In this document: positions 16,012 to 17,866 of the stretch, piece by piece
Position numbering within the stretch: position 1 is the stretch's first letter
How the letters are laid out: each line of letters begins with the position of its first letter
Source of the DNA: Gammaproteobacteria bacterium
GTDB taxonomy: Bacteria > Pseudomonadota > Gammaproteobacteria > HK1
NCBI GenBank assembly: GCA_041594935.1
Contig: JBFHLI010000043.1
Location: forward strand, 1 to 17,866
Direction: 5' to 3'
DNA: 17,866 nucleotides
The notes under the pieces: generated by a model
Told to the model about the DNA's origin: nothing
The model's input: only the letters and a program-made list of their open reading frames with translations
Database searches by the model: none
Program-made: the position numbers and the translations under genes

Positions 16012-17706
16012 ATGAACTATCTGGTCCTCCTGGTGATCTTCACCGTCCTCGGGTTCGTCCTACAGGGCGTAAAGCAGGTCGGGCGGCGCCAGGTCCCGAG
16101 CTGGGCCCCGTGGGCCTCCTGGGCCGTGGCGGGGTTTCTCGTGGCGTCCACTTCCTTCGTGATCATCGAGCAGGACAAGATCGGGCATCTCAAGCGCATC
16201 TACTTCGCGTCCGACATGCCGCCGGGCCAGATCATCGCGTTCGGCGGACAGAAGGGGCCGCAGGCGGAAGTCCTCGGACCCGGCTTTCACCTCATTCCGC
16301 TCGTCAACGTGCTAAACGAGGTCGAGGAGTTTCCGGTGGTGCAGGTTCCGCAGGGGAAGTACGGCCTGCTCACCGCCAAGGACGGAGCGCCGCTCGGCCA
16401 GGGCCAGTTCATCGCCCGCGGCTGGGACGATCAGGAGTTCAACCAACGTCTGAACGCCTCGTACTTCCTGGAGAACGGCGGGCAGAAGGGACCCCAGCTC
16501 AACGTGCTGCGCCCCGGCACGTACCGCATCAACCTCTATCTCTTCGACGTCAGGCTGCAGGACGCGCTCAACGTGCAGGCGGGCGAGGTCGCGGTGGTCA
16601 AATCCAACGTGAATGAGCACGAGGGTTGTCCGACCGCGGGCGAGCTCACCCACGCCGGGCAGCGCGGCTACGGCTCCGCGCTGTCCGTGCCCCTGGTCCC
16701 GAAGGGCTGCACCGGCGTGTGGGACGAGGCGCTTCTGCCCGGTCGCTACTACCTCAACCGCGAGGCGTACACCGCGACCCTGATTCCAACCCGAGCCCGG
16801 ACCTGGGTGTACCGCGGCGGGTACCAGAAGCGGCGCATCGACCTCACCGTGACCGATGACGGCAAGATTCACCAGGAGGCGAGCTCGCGCAACATTCCCC
16901 AGCCCGACGACGCGGCGGATCAGGCGATCGTGGTGACGGTGGAGGGGTGGAGGGTGCCGCTGGATGTGCGGGTCGTGGTGCAGGTGGACCCCGCCGACGC
17001 CCCGCGGGTGGTCGCCTCGGTGGGCGGGCTGCAGGAGGTCGAGGACCGCATCGTGACCCCCGCCCTTCGCTCCATCGTGCGCAACGTCGGCGGCGCCCCC
17101 GGGCGCCGGGCGCTCGACCTCATCAATAAGCGGGACGAGCTGGAAAGCCTGGTCGAGAAAGCCATCTTTCCCGAGGGCAACAAGGCGGGGGTGGCGATCA
17201 AGGAAGTGCGCTTCGGCGACCCGGCGATACCGCCGGAGCTGCTCGTCGCCCGCCAGCGCCAGCAGCTTGCCGACCAGCTCGAGACCACTTACCAGCGCGA
17301 GCGGGTCGCCCAGGAGCAGCGCATCGCGGTCGAGCAGAGCCGGGCCACCGCCGACCAGCAAAGCGAGCTCGTCCGGGCCCAGATCGCGGTCAAGGTCGCG
17401 GAGCTCGAGAAGCTGCAGCTAAAGCTCAAGGGCGAGGGAGAGAAGCTTCGCCTCATCGAGATCGCTACCGGCCAGAAGGCCCAGACGGACATCCTCGGCG
17501 AGGACCGCGTCTACCAGCTCGCGGTGCTTGACAAGGTGCTGCAAGCCGCGGTGACCAATCCGAACATCGTCAAGATCCCGAACGTGTACGTGCAAGGCGC
17601 GACCGGCGGCTTCGAGGGACCGGCCGCGATCCTCGGCGCGAGCAACCTGATGCAGTCGATCACCAAGAGCGCGCCCCACTCCCCGGACGTGTCAGCGCCT
17701 CCCTGA
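16012..17706 (+). CDS. SPFH / band-7 domain membrane protein (flotillin-like, YqiK/FloT type), 564 aa.
   Basis: An N-terminal TM helix (MNYLVLLVIFTVLGFVLQGV) is followed by SPFH-type motifs (G..G…VLGPGFHLIPLV.NV…VVQVPQG; a second copy at NGGQKGPQLNVLRPGTYRINLY). The C-terminal Ala/Glu/Gln-rich coiled coil (…ELVRAQIAVKVAELEKLQLKLKGEGEKLRLIEIATGQKAQ…) is typical of flotillins. Confidence 0.65.
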   Translation: MNYLVLLVIFTVLGFVLQGVKQVGRRQVPSWAPWASWAVAGFLVASTSFVIIEQDKIGHLKRIYFASDMPPGQIIAFGGQKGPQAEVLGPGFHLIPLVNVLNEVEEFPVVQVPQGKYGLLTAKDGAPLGQGQFIARGWDDQEFNQRLNASYFLENGGQKGPQLNVLRPGTYRINLYLFDVRLQDALNVQAGEVAVVKSNVNEHEGCPTAGELTHAGQRGYGSALSVPLVPKGCTGVWDEALLPGRYYLNREAYTATLIPTRARTWVYRGGYQKRRIDLTVTDDGKIHQEASSRNIPQPDDAADQAIVVTVEGWRVPLDVRVVVQVDPADAPRVVASVGGLQEVEDRIVTPALRSIVRNVGGAPGRRALDLINKRDELESLVEKAIFPEGNKAGVAIKEVRFGDPAIPPELLVARQRQQLADQLETTYQRERVAQEQRIAVEQSRATADQQSELVRAQIAVKVAELEKLQLKLKGEGEKLRLIEIATGQKAQTDILGEDRVYQLAVLDKVLQAAVTNPNIVKIPNVYVQGATGGFEGPAAILGASNLMQSITKSAPHSPDVSAPP

Positions 17707-17777
17707 GCCCCTCACCGCGCTGGCCGGTGATCGCTCGCCGTCATCCGAGCACCAAGTCGGGCCGAGGAAAGCCGCCG

Positions 17778-17866
17778 ATGCCCGAAGACCTCTGCTACCT
17801 GTCCGCCACCCGGGCGCTGAAGCTGTTCCGGCGCCGCAAGCTCTCACCGGTTGAGCTGCTCCAGGC
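17778..17866 (+). CDS. Amidase-signature family enzyme (N-terminal 29 codons only; continues past the right edge of the window).
   Basis: MPEDLCYLSATRALKLFRRRKLSPVELLQ matches the characteristic amidase N-terminus (…LSA.ELA…R.R.vSpvEl…). GAGGAA lies 8 nt upstream of the ATG. Confidence 0.5.
   Translation, partial: MPEDLCYLSATRALKLFRRRKLSPVELLQ

Noticed and set aside
1-17866. A search for CRISPR arrays, tandem repeats, IS/transposase ends, integrase/tRNA junctions, and toxin-antitoxin or restriction/defence hallmarks.
   Set aside because: I found no direct-repeat arrays and no terminal inverted repeats. There are no transposase, integrase, nuclease or helicase-like ORFs and no tRNA-like sequence. 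GC content and codon usage look uniform across the window, so there is no evidence of a mobile or defence island.

Overview
This is a high-GC (about 68-70%) bacterial chromosomal segment, probably proteobacterial. It is densely coding, and I found no rRNA, tRNA, CRISPR array or IS/transposase signature. I call about 20 genes. Reading left to right: a partial VOC/glyoxalase-family gene on the minus strand; an ATC-hydrolase-family gene; a convergent two-gene minus-strand unit made of a solitary ectoine synthase (ectC, all three metal-binding residues conserved) and a class-V PLP enzyme; a flavodoxin-like gene preceded by a translationally coupled 39-codon uORF; a universal stress protein with an N-terminal extension; a minus-strand run of a serine hydrolase (beta-lactamase family), a small monoheme cytochrome c and a 378-aa secreted single-CXXCH protein; an MFS transporter; a Liv/HAAT-type ABC importer operon (substrate-binding protein, two permeases, two ATPases) with an M81/MlrC-like metallopeptidase gene between the permeases and the ATPases; a 260-aa protein of unknown function; a small membrane protein plus an SPFH/flotillin-like protein with an internally duplicated N-terminal SPFH segment; and the start of an amidase-signature gene. 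The two most notable observations are the orphan ectC module (no ectA or ectB in the window) and the serine-hydrolase/MFS/ABC-with-M81-peptidase/amidase neighbourhood, which looks like a peptide or amide catabolic locus. All calls rest on my own reading of the translated ORFs against remembered family signatures. I ran no database search.
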